Origin: Acidobacteriota bacterium
Lineage (GTDB): Bacteria; Acidobacteriota; Terriglobia; UBA7540
NCBI GenBank assembly: GCA_021817045.1
Contig: JAKAWG010000001.1
Span: 3,739-67,738 of the forward strand
Direction of reading: 5' to 3'
Length of the DNA: 64,000 nucleotides
The translations under genes were made by a program, and so were the position numbers. Within the stretch, counting starts at the first letter, position 1, and each line of letters opens with the position of its first letter. A model generated the notes under the pieces. The model did not search any database. It was given only the letters and a program-made list of their open reading frames with translations, and was not told the DNA's origin. This document shows positions 38,860-49,657 of the stretch, one piece after another.

Positions 38860-40028
38860 ACGGAGATCAATCTTTCAGGTTGGAACCGACTGGGGTGCCG
38901 GGCAAGGCGCTCGTGCTCGGCGTAGTCTGCCTCGCTGTCTGTCTCATTGAGTTGGTAAGGCAGCCGACGCAATTTTTCCGGTCGTATTTGTTTGGCGAGG
39001 TTTTCTGGTTGGGAATAGGCCTGGGATGCCTTGGCCTGCTCATGCTTCAGCACCTCGTCGCGGGCAAGTGGGGGATCGTACTACGACGCCCGCTCGAGGC
39101 CGCGGCTCGGACGCTCGCCTGGATGGGCATCTTTTTTATCCCTGTGTTGTTCGGGATGCATCGTCTCTTTGTTTGGACTCACCCTGGTGTGGTAGCCGCC
39201 GACCATATCCTTCAGTTGAAGGCGGCCTACCTCAATACGCCTTTCTTTATCGTGCGAGCCATCGGTTACTTCGTCCTCTGGATAATCCTCATTGCGCTGC
39301 TAACCAGGTGGTCTTCCGCGCAGGACGCGACGGGAGAGCCGGACCTCGTGCGGCGCATGCGGAATCTGAGCGGGCCGGGCCTGGCGATCTTCGGGTTCAC
39401 CGTAAGTTTCGCGGGCTTCGATTGGGTGATGTCGCTTGAGCCCCACTTTTTCTCCACGATCTACGGCATGATGTTTGTGGTGACGGAAGCGGTGGGCGCG
39501 ATGTCTTTCATTACGCTGGTCGCCATATACCTTGCCGACCGGAAACCGCTGTCCGAAGTGATTCAAGCCTCGCAGATTCACGATTTCGGGAACCTGCTGC
39601 TCGTCTTCACTCTATTGTGGGCTTACCTTGGTTTCGATCAATTTCTCATCATCTGGTCCGGAAACCTGCAAAATGAGATACCCTGGTATGTATACCGCAT
39701 CCGGCACGGCTGGGCAATTATTGCACTAGGTTTGGTCATTTTTCATTTTGCGGCTCCGCTACTCCTACTCTTTCAGCGGGTCATCACATTTCAGAAGCGC
39801 TATCTGAAGTACGTCGCCGGGCTTCTGTTCATCATGAGTATCGTCGATTTGTTCTGGTTGATGATGCCGTCTTACGAGAAGGTTGGCCCGCAGTTTCACT
39901 GGTCAGATTGGGTGGCGTTGATCGGCCTAGGGGGGCTTTTTGTGGGGATCTTTTTCCGGCAGCTCCGGGCCAGGCCGCTGCTGCCGCTGCACGATCCGCA
40001 CCTTGTGGGAGTGCTTCAACATGAGTGA
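38856..40028 (+). CDS. actF: alternative complex III subunit ActF (NrfD-like membrane subunit)
   Basis: The start overlaps the actE stop (ATGA). It is a polytopic membrane protein in the actF position. Confidence 0.75.
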   Translation: MNGDQSFRLEPTGVPGKALVLGVVCLAVCLIELVRQPTQFFRSYLFGEVFWLGIGLGCLGLLMLQHLVAGKWGIVLRRPLEAAARTLAWMGIFFIPVLFGMHRLFVWTHPGVVAADHILQLKAAYLNTPFFIVRAIGYFVLWIILIALLTRWSSAQDATGEPDLVRRMRNLSGPGLAIFGFTVSFAGFDWVMSLEPHFFSTIYGMMFVVTEAVGAMSFITLVAIYLADRKPLSEVIQASQIHDFGNLLLVFTLLWAYLGFDQFLIIWSGNLQNEIPWYVYRIRHGWAIIALGLVIFHFAAPLLLLFQRVITFQKRYLKYVAGLLFIMSIVDLFWLMMPSYEKVGPQFHWSDWVALIGLGGLFVGIFFRQLRARPLLPLHDPHLVGVLQHE

Positions 40029-40488
40029 ACCGGAATCGCCGCCAGTCCATAGGCACGAGGCTCGCGACGCCGACGTTCACCGGCTCGCGATGTTTGGGCT
40101 CGCTTTGCTTAGCTTGATCGTCATCGGCTACGTCTCGACGCAGATTACCTTCCACTACCTGGTTGGCACGAAGGAATTTCCGCACCCGACAAAGCTGTTC
40201 ACTCAATCTCAGATGCCGCCGAAACCGCTTGAACAAGAACACGTGGGGACGGAGTTGCAGCGGTACTTGAAGCAACAAAACAAGATTCTGGACACCTACG
40301 GCTGGGTGAATCGCAAAGCGGGTGTGGTGCGCGTTCCAATTGACCGGGCCATGTCCCTTTTACTCAGTCAACGGCTTCCCGTGCGGCCGCCGGGGCAGAT
40401 TACGTACGCTCCTTCCCAACCTTGGACTGAACCGAGAGGCGACTTTGGACCCGGACCTACGGGAGTTCCAGGACCGCAACATCAATGA
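40021..40488 (+). CDS. hypothetical single-TM membrane protein inside the ACIII-oxidase operon
   Basis: ATG 40021 overlaps the actF stop (ATGAGTGA), and its own stop overlaps the sco1 start. It has one TM helix (LAMFGLALLSLIVIGYV). I recognise no family. Confidence 0.5.
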   Translation: MSEPESPPVHRHEARDADVHRLAMFGLALLSLIVIGYVSTQITFHYLVGTKEFPHPTKLFTQSQMPPKPLEQEHVGTELQRYLKQQNKILDTYGWVNRKAGVVRVPIDRAMSLLLSQRLPVRPPGQITYAPSQPWTEPRGDFGPGPTGVPGPQHQ

Positions 40489-41474
40489 AAGTACGACGAC
40501 TTCGTGACAATCCGAAACAAAGCAATTGTTGCACGCGCGTGGCTTTTGCCCGCATCCCCACGGGGCGGACCTTAGCGGCGATTGCTCTGGTTTGGAGTGT
40601 CTGGCTCGGAGCCGGTACGCAGGCTCGCGCCAAACAGAACGTGTGGCTGAGCGGCCTCAAGGCTGTGCCCCCGACGGTGCAAGGCGAGTGCAAGATGGTG
40701 CCCGATTCCGCCCACGGAGGTCTGACGAATTCCAAACAGGTACCGGCCGCCTTGCGCGGTGTCAATATTGTCCAGCGGCTCAATCAACAGGTGCCACTTG
40801 ACCTGACGTTTAAGGATGCGTTTGGGAAAACCGTTCGGCTGAGTAAATACTTCGGCTCAAAGCCGGTGATCCTTTCTCTGGTCTACTTGAACTGCCCGAT
40901 GTTGTGTCCCATGGAGGAGAATGGCCTGCTGACGGTGCTGAGAACGTTGAAATTCAATCTGGGCCAGCAGTACAACGTGGTGACCGTCAGTTTCGATCCT
41001 CACGATACGCCAGAAATGGCACGGGATAAGCAGCAGATGTTCATGGATATGTACGCCCGGCCAGGTGTTCGGAAAGGGTGGTATTTTCTCACAGGCAGCG
41101 AAGCCTCGATTTACGCGCTCACGCAGGCGGTCGGGTTTCATTACCGATACGACCCCGAAACCCACCAGTTTTACCATGCCGTGGCGATTGCCGTACTCAC
41201 GCCGCAGGGCCGTATTTCGCGCTATTTTTTCGGGATCGAATACCCGGAAGAAAGCTTGCGGCTGGCGCTGGTGCAAGCGTCGGATGGGAAGGTTGGCACG
41301 CCGGTGGATGCGTTTATCCTGTATTGCTGCCGGTATAACCCGCGAACCGGAAAGTACGGTCTTGTTATATCACACGTGCTGATGATGGGCGGAGTTCTTA
41401 CGATCCTTACGATTGGCGGGTTGGTATTCCTGCTTTTGCGCAACGAACATCGCACCGATCACGTTCCGGCGTAG
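40485..41474 (+). CDS. SCO1/SenC-family copper chaperone
   Basis: Thioredoxin-like fold with a CPMLCP (CxxxC) copper motif and a downstream conserved His region. A C-terminal TM helix is present, and cox genes follow. Confidence 0.8.
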   Translation: MKVRRLRDNPKQSNCCTRVAFARIPTGRTLAAIALVWSVWLGAGTQARAKQNVWLSGLKAVPPTVQGECKMVPDSAHGGLTNSKQVPAALRGVNIVQRLNQQVPLDLTFKDAFGKTVRLSKYFGSKPVILSLVYLNCPMLCPMEENGLLTVLRTLKFNLGQQYNVVTVSFDPHDTPEMARDKQQMFMDMYARPGVRKGWYFLTGSEASIYALTQAVGFHYRYDPETHQFYHAVAIAVLTPQGRISRYFFGIEYPEESLRLALVQASDGKVGTPVDAFILYCCRYNPRTGKYGLVISHVLMMGGVLTILTIGGLVFLLLRNEHRTDHVPA

Positions 41475-41524
41475 AGATGCCGTTGGGCAGGTTGTTAGGG
41501 ACGTTTCGAGGTTAACGAAAGATT

Positions 41525-42553
41525 ATGTTGCACCATCTCCCTCTCATTCCTCATGTCAGCTTTCTTCCTCCGGAAGCCTCTTCCATGGCGCCCCGAGTAG
41601 ACCTCCTGCTGTGGTTCACGATCGGAATCTCGGTGTTTTTCACGGCGCTCATCTTTATCTTGCTGTTCGTTTTCGCCATTAAGTACCGCCGCCGCTCGCC
41701 GGACGAGCTGCCTGAAAAACAGATCGAGGGCAATCTCCCGCTTGAACTGACGTGGACGCTGATTCCGTTGTTGATCGTTATTGTCTTATTCGTCTGGGGA
41801 GCGAAGGTCTTTGTGAGCGACCGCCGTCCGCCGGCGAATGCGGTACACGTTTACGTGGTCGCCAAACAGTGGATGTGGAAAATACAGCACGCTGAGGGCC
41901 CGCGTGAAATTGACGCGTTGCACATCCCGGTGGACGAACCGATTGAGTGCATCCTCACTTCTCAGGATGTTATCCACGATTTTTCCGTGCCCGCATTCCG
42001 AGCTAAGATGGACGTTCTCCCGGACCGCTACACGACGCTGTGGTTCAAAGCAACAAGAGTGGGGTTCTATCACTTTTATTGTGACCAGTACTGCGGCACC
42101 TTTCACTCGAAAATGCGAGGTTACGTGGACGTCATGACTCGGGAGGGGTACGAGGCATGGCTGAGCGGCCAGGAGCGGCACAGCCTATCGATGGCCGGCG
42201 AGGGCGCCAAGCTTTACCAGCAATACGGCTGCATCACCTGCCACGGCACCGGCAAAGGGCCTCCGTGGGTGGGACTTTACGATTCCAAGGTTCATCTGAT
42301 GGGAGGCCAAACGGTGATCGCCGATGACAATTATATCCGGGAGTCAATCCTCCAGCCGTCGGCGCAAATCGTGGCAGGCTACAAGCCGATCATGCCCACT
42401 TTCCAAGGGCAGATTTCCGAGAATCAGATTCTTGACATAATTGCTTACATCAAGTCCCTGGCCACAACTCCTAACGCTCAAGGCGCGACGGCTGCGGCGA
42501 AGGGCGCAGCCGCGCCAACGACAAAAGGGAACGGCACAGGGAAGGGAGAATGA
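41525..42553 (+). CDS. cytochrome c oxidase subunit II with fused cytochrome c domain (caa3 type)
   Basis: Two TM helices, a CuA site (HFYCDQYCGTFHSKM) and a C-terminal CITCH haem c motif. Confidence 0.9.
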   Translation: MLHHLPLIPHVSFLPPEASSMAPRVDLLLWFTIGISVFFTALIFILLFVFAIKYRRRSPDELPEKQIEGNLPLELTWTLIPLLIVIVLFVWGAKVFVSDRRPPANAVHVYVVAKQWMWKIQHAEGPREIDALHIPVDEPIECILTSQDVIHDFSVPAFRAKMDVLPDRYTTLWFKATRVGFYHFYCDQYCGTFHSKMRGYVDVMTREGYEAWLSGQERHSLSMAGEGAKLYQQYGCITCHGTGKGPPWVGLYDSKVHLMGGQTVIADDNYIRESILQPSAQIVAGYKPIMPTFQGQISENQILDIIAYIKSLATTPNAQGATAAAKGAAAPTTKGNGTGKGE

Positions 42554-44209
42554 GTGATGGCTAGCGCGGGTGAAGCAGCGCTTCAGTCTCCGGCTGAAAC
42601 GTATCGCGTTCATTATCTAAACGCCAAGTATGGGATCAAGTCGTGGTTGCTCACCACCGACCACAAGCGCATTGCGTGGCTTTACTTTTTTTCCACCACG
42701 TTCTTCTTTATCGTGGGCGGGGTAGCCGCCGCGATGATGCGGCTGAACCTGATCGAGCCGCAAGGTTTTCTCGTCGAGCCGGATACCTATAACAAGCTGT
42801 TCACGATTCACGGCACGGTGATGATCTTTTTCTTCCTCGCGCCCGCCGTGCCCACCGTGCTTGGTAACTTCCTGATACCGATGATGATCGGGGCTCGGGA
42901 CGTAGCCTTCCCCAAGCTCAACCTGCTGAGCTGGTACATCTTCATGACCGCGGGCACGTGCTTTCTCTACACGATTATTGCGGGTGGCGTGAACACGGGC
43001 TGGACGTTCTATACTCCGCTCAGCACGTCTTACGTCAACACTCACGTCTTCTCAGCCGCCATGGCCGTCTTCATTTCCGGCTTTTCGTCGATTCTGACTG
43101 GATTGAATTTTATCGTCACGATCCATAAAATGCGCGCGCCGGGCATGACGTGGTCGCGTCTGCCGCTTTTCATCTGGGCGCTATACGCCACGAGTTTTAT
43201 TTTCGTTTTGGCCATGCCGGTCATCGCGATCACCATGGTCCTGGTGATGCTCGAGCGGGTGTTCCACGTGGGGATTTTCGATCCAGCGCTAGGTGGCGAC
43301 CCGGTTCTATTTCAGCACCTGTTCTGGTTCTTCGGTCATCCCGAGGTGTACATTCTGATCTTGCCTTCGATGGGGGTCATGAGCGAGCTGATCACCGCTT
43401 TTTCGCGCCGTCGCATCTTCGGTTACGGCTTCGTCGCCGCCTCGAGTTTCGGGATCGCGATCATCTCGTTCCTTGTTTGGGGACATCACATGTTTGTCTC
43501 CGGGGAATCGGTTTATGCCGGCATCTTCTTTTCCGCGATGAGCATGCTGGTTGCGATCCCCTCTGCGATCAAGGTGTTCAATTGGACAGCCACGCTATAC
43601 AAAGGGTCGGTATCCTTCGAGGCGCCGATGTTATACGCCATCGGCTTCATTGGCTTGTTCACAATCGGCGGACTTACGGGGGTTTTCCTTGCCACGATCG
43701 GCCTCGACGTCTTTCTTCACGACACCTATTTCGTCGTCGCTCACTTTCACTTCATCATGGTGGGTGGCGCGATCATGGGATATATGGGCGGCCTGCACTT
43801 CTGGTGGCCGAAGATGACGGGCAAAATGTATCCGGACTACTGGGCGCGCCTCGCGGCGTTTATCACCTTCGTCGGATTTAACCTGACGTTCGGGCCTCAG
43901 TTTATCCTGGGGTTCGAAGGTATGCCGCGCAGGTACGCCATTTATCCGGCCCGGTTTCAGCTTCTGAATATTATGTCAAGTGCGGGAGCATCGATTCTGG
44001 CCGTCGGCTACCTGATGCCCATGATCTACCTGGCGTGGTCGATTAAGTACGGCCCAGACGCCGGCCCGAATCCCTGGAAGGCCAAAGGGCTGGAGTGGGA
44101 AACTGAGTCGCCGCCGCCTGTTCATAACTTTGAGTCCACTCCGGTGGTGACCGAGGAAGCTTACGCTTACGGTACCGAACCAGCCCGCGCCGTGGCCGTA
44201 TCGTCCTGA
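42554..44209 (+). CDS. ctaD: cytochrome c oxidase subunit I
   Basis: Canonical haem-copper oxidase subunit I sequence ([24 protein letters not shown]). Confidence 0.95.
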   Translation: MMASAGEAALQSPAETYRVHYLNAKYGIKSWLLTTDHKRIAWLYFFSTTFFFIVGGVAAAMMRLNLIEPQGFLVEPDTYNKLFTIHGTVMIFFFLAPAVPTVLGNFLIPMMIGARDVAFPKLNLLSWYIFMTAGTCFLYTIIAGGVNTGWTFYTPLSTSYVNTHVFSAAMAVFISGFSSILTGLNFIVTIHKMRAPGMTWSRLPLFIWALYATSFIFVLAMPVIAITMVLVMLERVFHVGIFDPALGGDPVLFQHLFWFFGHPEVYILILPSMGVMSELITAFSRRRIFGYGFVAASSFGIAIISFLVWGHHMFVSGESVYAGIFFSAMSMLVAIPSAIKVFNWTATLYKGSVSFEAPMLYAIGFIGLFTIGGLTGVFLATIGLDVFLHDTYFVVAHFHFIMVGGAIMGYMGGLHFWWPKMTGKMYPDYWARLAAFITFVGFNLTFGPQFILGFEGMPRRYAIYPARFQLLNIMSSAGASILAVGYLMPMIYLAWSIKYGPDAGPNPWKAKGLEWETESPPPVHNFESTPVVTEEAYAYGTEPARAVAVSS

Positions 44210-44224
44210 TCAAGGAGGAGTCCG

Positions 44225-44920
44225 TTGTCGTCCGAAGCTGACGCCACGATACTAAAGACAAGCACGGCATCGTCAAAAGCTCACGCTCTCACCGTGCCGG
44301 AGCAGTTCGACGATGCGACGCAGCAGCATGCGGCAGCCAGCCTGGGCATGTGGGTTTTCCTGGCGACCGAAGTGCTCTTTTTCGGCGGCCTTCTTGCGAG
44401 TTACACGATCTATCGCTACCTGTACTATTCCGCCTTTATGATTGGCAGCCATCACCTGGACGTCGTCTGGGGCGCCACGAACACGGCGGTGCTGATCTGC
44501 AGCAGTCTTACCATGGCGATGGCGGTCCGGGCCGCGCAACTCGACAAGCAAAAGCACATCGTGTTTTTCCTCGTGCTGACACTTATCTTCGGCCTCATCT
44601 TTTTGTACATCAAGTTCTTCGAAGAGTGGTGGGGTGAATACAAAGAGGGTCTGGCACCTATACATTTCACCTATGCGGGGCTGCACGCACCGCACGTCGA
44701 GCTTTTCATGTTCTTTTATTATGTCCTGACTGGCCTGCACGCCCTGCACATGATTGTCGGCTGCGGCATTATGATAACTCTCATTATCATGACGCTTCGA
44801 GGCAAATTTAAGGGAGGCCGCTTCAACCCGATCGAGAATGCCGGGCTTTATTGGCACTTCGTCGATATTGTCTGGATCTTCCTCTTTCCGCTTCTGTATT
44901 TGATTGGAGGCCGCTATTGA
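44225..44920 (+). CDS. ctaE: cytochrome c oxidase subunit III
   Basis: Subunit III pattern ([15 protein letters not shown]..., [17 protein letters not shown]). The start codon is TTG. Confidence 0.9.
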   Translation: MSSEADATILKTSTASSKAHALTVPEQFDDATQQHAAASLGMWVFLATEVLFFGGLLASYTIYRYLYYSAFMIGSHHLDVVWGATNTAVLICSSLTMAMAVRAAQLDKQKHIVFFLVLTLIFGLIFLYIKFFEEWWGEYKEGLAPIHFTYAGLHAPHVELFMFFYYVLTGLHALHMIVGCGIMITLIIMTLRGKFKGGRFNPIENAGLYWHFVDIVWIFLFPLLYLIGGRY

Positions 44921-45002
44921 GCGGGAAGTTCCAAACGCCTTCTGTGGAGGTTAAGATACGAGGGCGGCTGAAGGATAAGCGCTACTGAGGAGTTAAAACG
45001 CC

Positions 45003-45368
45003 TTGGCTGAATCTATCGCAATTGCGCACGCCGAAAAGAAACGCATTTACGTGCTCGTATGGGTTACCCTGCTCTGCATGACTGCGCTGACGACCGGGGT
45101 AGCCTATATTGACCTTGGCCCCTGGAACACGGTCGCTGCGCTCGCTATCGCTATTTTCAAGGCATCGCTTGTCGTGCTTTTCTTCATGCACGCTCGCCAC
45201 AGCGAGCACTTAGTGCGCATCGTCATTGTCTGCGCAATCTTCTGGCTTCTCATTCTGATCGGGGTCTCGATGACTGATTTCTCCACTCGCAATCGCGTAT
45301 CACACCCCACTTGGTTCCGTACCAACCAGCCATCCGTCTTTCATCACCTCGAAGGAAGCCCTTACTAA
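45003..45368 (+). CDS. prokaryotic cytochrome c oxidase subunit IV
   Basis: Three-TM small protein with LAIAIFKASLVVLFFMH, typical of bacterial CoxIV/CtaF. It is the last gene of the operon. Confidence 0.7.
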   Translation: MAESIAIAHAEKKRIYVLVWVTLLCMTALTTGVAYIDLGPWNTVAALAIAIFKASLVVLFFMHARHSEHLVRIVIVCAIFWLLILIGVSMTDFSTRNRVSHPTWFRTNQPSVFHHLEGSPY

Positions 45369-45479
45369 ACTCGACGACACTCACAGCCGTGGCGACTTAG
45401 CGGGACCCGTCCCTGCCTTCGTTCGGAATGTCGCGGGAAAACAACACCTGCAGGGTGAGCGGCGGTTGCACATCCACGT

Positions 45480-48400
45480 TCATAAGAAGCCGGCGTTGAC
45501 CCAATCCACGCGGTCCCAGTTTGTGCTGCCGTTGCTTGCCAAGCGAATTTCCCGCCGTCCAAGCGTGAGGGGAAGTCTCACCTCAATCGGCCAAATCTCG
45601 CCAGGGAAAAGCAGAGGAGTCGAATAAACCAGCATTTCCTCGCGTTCGTTTCGGACGTAAACCTGGAAAGCTGCCCGGGCCACGTCATTCGCCTTGACCT
45701 CGTCATCAAGACCCACTTCAGCGACAAATGAAACATATCCCGGCTCAAGTGCGTAAATCACATCAGAGGGTGATACCACGCCCAGACCTCGGTCATACTT
45801 TTTGCCTTTCATCGAAAGCGGCGTGCCGACAGCCGAGCGATTGTTCTTAATCGCGTGGCCGTCGGCCAACTGCCACTTGAGCGGTTTCAGGTCGGTCACA
45901 TAAACCTTTGGAAGTGGTGGCGCCGGAGGCAATTTGTGAAATCGCCCCACCGCGAGTGGGCTGGGTTCAAGACCCGGCACGAAGGTTCGCGCACAAAGCG
46001 TCGAGGTCACGCGCAGGTCAACAGGGCCCTCGTACAGCGGGGACTGACTGGTAACCTCACGCCTGTCCGCCGTGTCACAGGCCTGGAGTGTCGGCAGGGC
46101 AAACGAACTATAAGCGAGATTAGGAAGCTCACAACCCTCCAGCGTGTAGCGGATCTCGGCACCCGCAATCAGGTATGGTTGGTAGACTTTAGCTGTCATT
46201 CGATTGTTGAACAGGCCTTCGAACGGTTCGATCCAAGGACTGGGAGGCGGAGTTTTGACCAACTCAGCAGTCAAAACAAGTCCCGTTCGCACCCCTCCGC
46301 GGAAGAGTGCCGCCTTGAGTGTCGCGGTTTCCTTCACGGTTAACGGCTCCGTGTATATCGGAGAGTTGCCGTCGGGCGTCTGACCATCCAAGGTGTAACG
46401 GAACTGTGCTGACTCGATCGTGGTGCCAAGCGTAACGGCTAGATTCTCGATGAAGTAGTGTTTTTCCGGCCTGATCCAGGCATATGAAAGCCTGACCACC
46501 GCGCAGCCGCGCTGCAACGGCACTTCCAAGATCATTCGATCATCCTCCTTGACGGCGCTCAGCGGCCTCCAATCGCTGCGTCCGGGCTGGAGGACCTCAA
46601 CAGCGAAGCCCTTCTGTCCAGGCAATAGTTGCAGACTACGTAAAGAAATTCGCGCACGGGTCCTCGCGCCGCCCATGACTAGCACGGCAAGATACCCGCC
46701 GGGGATCGCGAAAAGGTTGGCCTTGGCCTGCTGTCCCTCAACCTCGATCGCGTGTGCACTGAGCACCCACCGTCGACCACGCAGAGTGTCGAACATCGGC
46801 CCGTAGTCCACGTAGTATTGGTCGATGGTAGCCCCGCACGGCATGATGTCATGGTTGTTGACCGGCACAGGCGCGGAAGGGTACGCGCCGAGATAAAGGT
46901 GCCGTTGTAAGTAAGTATCCGGGTCCGGCGCGTTGACGTCCAAGGTCCATACAATATGAGGCTTGTGCAGGGCCATGAAGGCGCAAAGGTTGAGGTTGTC
47001 AGAAACCGACCCGGACTCATCGAAGAGGCCATCCAACTGCTGCATGAGGTCCAATCGCCGATAAAGAGGATTACAGTAAATCACTTTGTTCGATCCGTGC
47101 ATGAGCGGACTCAGCTTGCTCATGAAATCCTGCCACGAAAATACCAGGGCACGAACGGGCTTTCCATCCTTCCACGTGATTCCGTCGTCACGTTGCCGGT
47201 TATATTGGCGCAGGTATTGCAATTCGTCGATGCACAGTCCCGAGCTGGCCGGAAGCTTCTCGATATGCCGCCTGGCCTGTTCCAACAAGTACTGCTGATA
47301 CGCAGGTTCCCCCGGATCCATCAAGACATCCCTCTCCCAGCCATGGAGCATCTTACCGTCCGAGCCGTGCATGATCGCGCCTCGCAACATCTTAAAAACA
47401 AATTCACTTGGGTCTCGCCACAGGTTCTGTTCGGATTTGGAGTTGAGCGGAGAAGAAATCTGATGGACGTGCTCACCAAACTCGCAAGCATTGAAGTAAT
47501 TCAACACATAGAATCCGCTCTTGCGCATGCTTTCTGAATAGCGGCGCAAATGGCCAATCGAGGTTGGGAACTCCGGCGTACCCGTCGTCGAACGATTGCA
47601 AACCCATTCCACGTCGTCGTCTAGTGGTGGAAGAAACATGCCCATATAGTAGTAATCGTAACTGGCTTTCCAGTTGACCCGGAATCCCATGCTCAGTAAC
47701 TTGTAGGCGTCAAGCTGCCCCTCGTATTCGGAATAAGCACCGAGACCTCCGACCTGATGGGTCAGCGGATTGGGAGGGTCAAAGTACTGGGGATAGCGCG
47801 TTACCAGCCATCCCAGACCGCTGCGCCAATCTGCCGGGTGGGTCACCAAGTCCAGCGCAAAACGCGCGGGCGCTTCTTTGCTGATGCGATGGTGGAGGCG
47901 GGAAAAGACGATTTTGCCATCCGCAGTTGTCCTGAGGCTCATTTCGGGGACGGTGTCTACGGGCGACAGCGCCAGACTCAGAGCCGTGTCATCTCCAGGC
48001 TCCAGCACCGTGGCAATAGGTACGCTGAAGGCTTGGCCACCTTCCACCGTCTTGCCACCGTAAAAGAGAGTCAGTTCTCCAAAGGCGGCGGGGATAAGGG
48101 GATCATGCCAGCCGGAGGAAGCTTCAGACCGGTTGTTACCCCAGGTGGTCCAGAATTTTGTCGCCGCCGTCACAGGCCACGCGAAGTGAGTTTCGATAGG
48201 AGTGCTCCACGGGCTTCCATCTCCCAAGACTTCGATTTCCCATCGAATGCTGCCTGAGTCCGTAGGCACAAAGCGCTCGCGGAGCTGGCAAGACTGCCCA
48301 TTGCCCTCATGAGTTAAGATTCTCCGAAACTCCAATGCTCCATCGGCGAGCCTTCTAGACTCCGAATGGCGAACCTTGCAACCTGCGAGGACCGTTTGCC

Positions 48401-48611
48401 CTGAGACTCTTCGGGCAAACGTTTTCGTCGGTTCGGGATGGAGCGTCACTTCGTTGATCTCCGCTTGCGCTGCCAAGCGTAAGCGCAGGTGGGGAGACTG
48501 AACTTCATAAGCGCCGAAAGCCCGAGGCTCCGCCGCGCCTGAACTCGCTTGTTGCAGGTTCGCGGCTGCGAGCGTACCGATAAGGCGTTTGATGACTTCT
48601 CTCCTCCGCAT
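45480..48611 (-). CDS. Tat-signal large carbohydrate-active protein with CHB_HEX_C-like repeats and a C-terminal NPCBM domain
   Basis: Leader MRRREVIKRLIGTLAAA. It has chitobiase-C-like segments (FRYTLDGQTPDGNSPIYTEPL). The C-terminal NPCBM pattern reads YVTDLKPLKW...GKKYDRGLGVVSPSDVIYAL...VGLDDEV. The N-terminal catalytic part is unassigned. Confidence 0.6.
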   Translation of the reverse strand: MRRREVIKRLIGTLAAANLQQASSGAAEPRAFGAYEVQSPHLRLRLAAQAEINEVTLHPEPTKTFARRVSGQTVLAGCKVRHSESRRLADGALEFRRILTHEGNGQSCQLRERFVPTDSGSIRWEIEVLGDGSPWSTPIETHFAWPVTAATKFWTTWGNNRSEASSGWHDPLIPAAFGELTLFYGGKTVEGGQAFSVPIATVLEPGDDTALSLALSPVDTVPEMSLRTTADGKIVFSRLHHRISKEAPARFALDLVTHPADWRSGLGWLVTRYPQYFDPPNPLTHQVGGLGAYSEYEGQLDAYKLLSMGFRVNWKASYDYYYMGMFLPPLDDDVEWVCNRSTTGTPEFPTSIGHLRRYSESMRKSGFYVLNYFNACEFGEHVHQISSPLNSKSEQNLWRDPSEFVFKMLRGAIMHGSDGKMLHGWERDVLMDPGEPAYQQYLLEQARRHIEKLPASSGLCIDELQYLRQYNRQRDDGITWKDGKPVRALVFSWQDFMSKLSPLMHGSNKVIYCNPLYRRLDLMQQLDGLFDESGSVSDNLNLCAFMALHKPHIVWTLDVNAPDPDTYLQRHLYLGAYPSAPVPVNNHDIMPCGATIDQYYVDYGPMFDTLRGRRWVLSAHAIEVEGQQAKANLFAIPGGYLAVLVMGGARTRARISLRSLQLLPGQKGFAVEVLQPGRSDWRPLSAVKEDDRMILEVPLQRGCAVVRLSYAWIRPEKHYFIENLAVTLGTTIESAQFRYTLDGQTPDGNSPIYTEPLTVKETATLKAALFRGGVRTGLVLTAELVKTPPPSPWIEPFEGLFNNRMTAKVYQPYLIAGAEIRYTLEGCELPNLAYSSFALPTLQACDTADRREVTSQSPLYEGPVDLRVTSTLCARTFVPGLEPSPLAVGRFHKLPPAPPLPKVYVTDLKPLKWQLADGHAIKNNRSAVGTPLSMKGKKYDRGLGVVSPSDVIYALEPGYVSFVAEVGLDDEVKANDVARAAFQVYVRNEREEMLVYSTPLLFPGEIWPIEVRLPLTLGRREIRLASNGSTNWDRVDWVNAGFL

Positions 48612-48658
48612 TTAGGCCCCCGATGAAGGTATTTAAGAAGGTCTGTTGTGATAGTAGC

Positions 48659-49513
48659 TTATCCCGGATACACTTTTCGAAACGCCCGCAGCGATAACTT
48701 CGCGGTTTGCATTTCTGTGTGTCCGCTCAGGGCTTCCTGTTCGATCAGGTAATACTCGATTCCGCCTACGGTTTCGGCTGCCGAAAAGATCTTCTTCCAC
48801 GGGGCGATGCCTTGCCCGATCAGCACGTCGTATCCCTTCTGAGGAGACCAGTCTTTCACGTGCATCGCGCGGATACGTCCAGGATTATTTCTGATATAGG
48901 CTACCGGATCGCCGCCGGACGCAAGGCAGTTGCCCGTGTCGAGTTCAAGGATGATGCTCTTGTCCGTATCGGCGGCAATGACGTCAATGGGCTTCTTGCC
49001 GTCAAGCAACTCCCATTCGTGATCGTCATTGTGGTAGCCGGCTCGGAAGCCGTGAGCCATCATCGTGTGATTACCGTGGTTCAACAACTCCGCCACCCGC
49101 TTCCAGCCGTCGATGGTCGGCACTGGGCCGGGCGAAGCCAGGATGATATAACGCGTCCCCAGGATGTGATTCAACTCCATCGCCCTGCCAATCCCTTCCG
49201 GCATGAAAGACTTTGTTTCGTTATGAGTCGAGTAACAGCGAATGCCCAAACCATCCATCTCGCGCCGAACCGTTTTGGCTTCCTGTGGCGTCCACTGATA
49301 GTAAGGCGCGTAGAATTCCACGCAATCGTATCCCATTGCAGCAACCTTCCTAATCGTACCAGGCAGGTCTTTAGCCAACTCTTTGCGAACCGAGTAGAGC
49401 TCGAGCCCCACCGGAATTTGTCTTTTCGCGGCGGACAGCATCGTAGCGCCAATCGGTGTCGTCGCCAACAGACCCAGAACTGAACGGCGCGAAATCACAC
49501 CACACTTTTTCAT
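48659..49513 (-). CDS. sugar phosphate isomerase/epimerase (xylose-isomerase-like TIM barrel) with Tat-type signal
   Basis: ATG 49513 has a GAGGAGGTGG RBS. The leader is MKKCGVISRRSVLGLLATTP, followed by an AP-endonuclease-2/xylose-isomerase-like barrel pattern. Confidence 0.7.
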   Translation of the reverse strand: MKKCGVISRRSVLGLLATTPIGATMLSAAKRQIPVGLELYSVRKELAKDLPGTIRKVAAMGYDCVEFYAPYYQWTPQEAKTVRREMDGLGIRCYSTHNETKSFMPEGIGRAMELNHILGTRYIILASPGPVPTIDGWKRVAELLNHGNHTMMAHGFRAGYHNDDHEWELLDGKKPIDVIAADTDKSIILELDTGNCLASGGDPVAYIRNNPGRIRAMHVKDWSPQKGYDVLIGQGIAPWKKIFSAAETVGGIEYYLIEQEALSGHTEMQTAKLSLRAFRKVYPG

Positions 49514-49657
49514 AGTAGCCACCTCCTCAATCAAACTCAGGTTGATTTTTGTCCGAATTTCTTTGGCCTGCCCGTCCCGAACCGCCACAGCCTGGTTGAA
49601 ATAGAAATAGATTGCTAAACGGCGTCGGCGCCCAAAGACGGCTAATCCTCTGAGACG

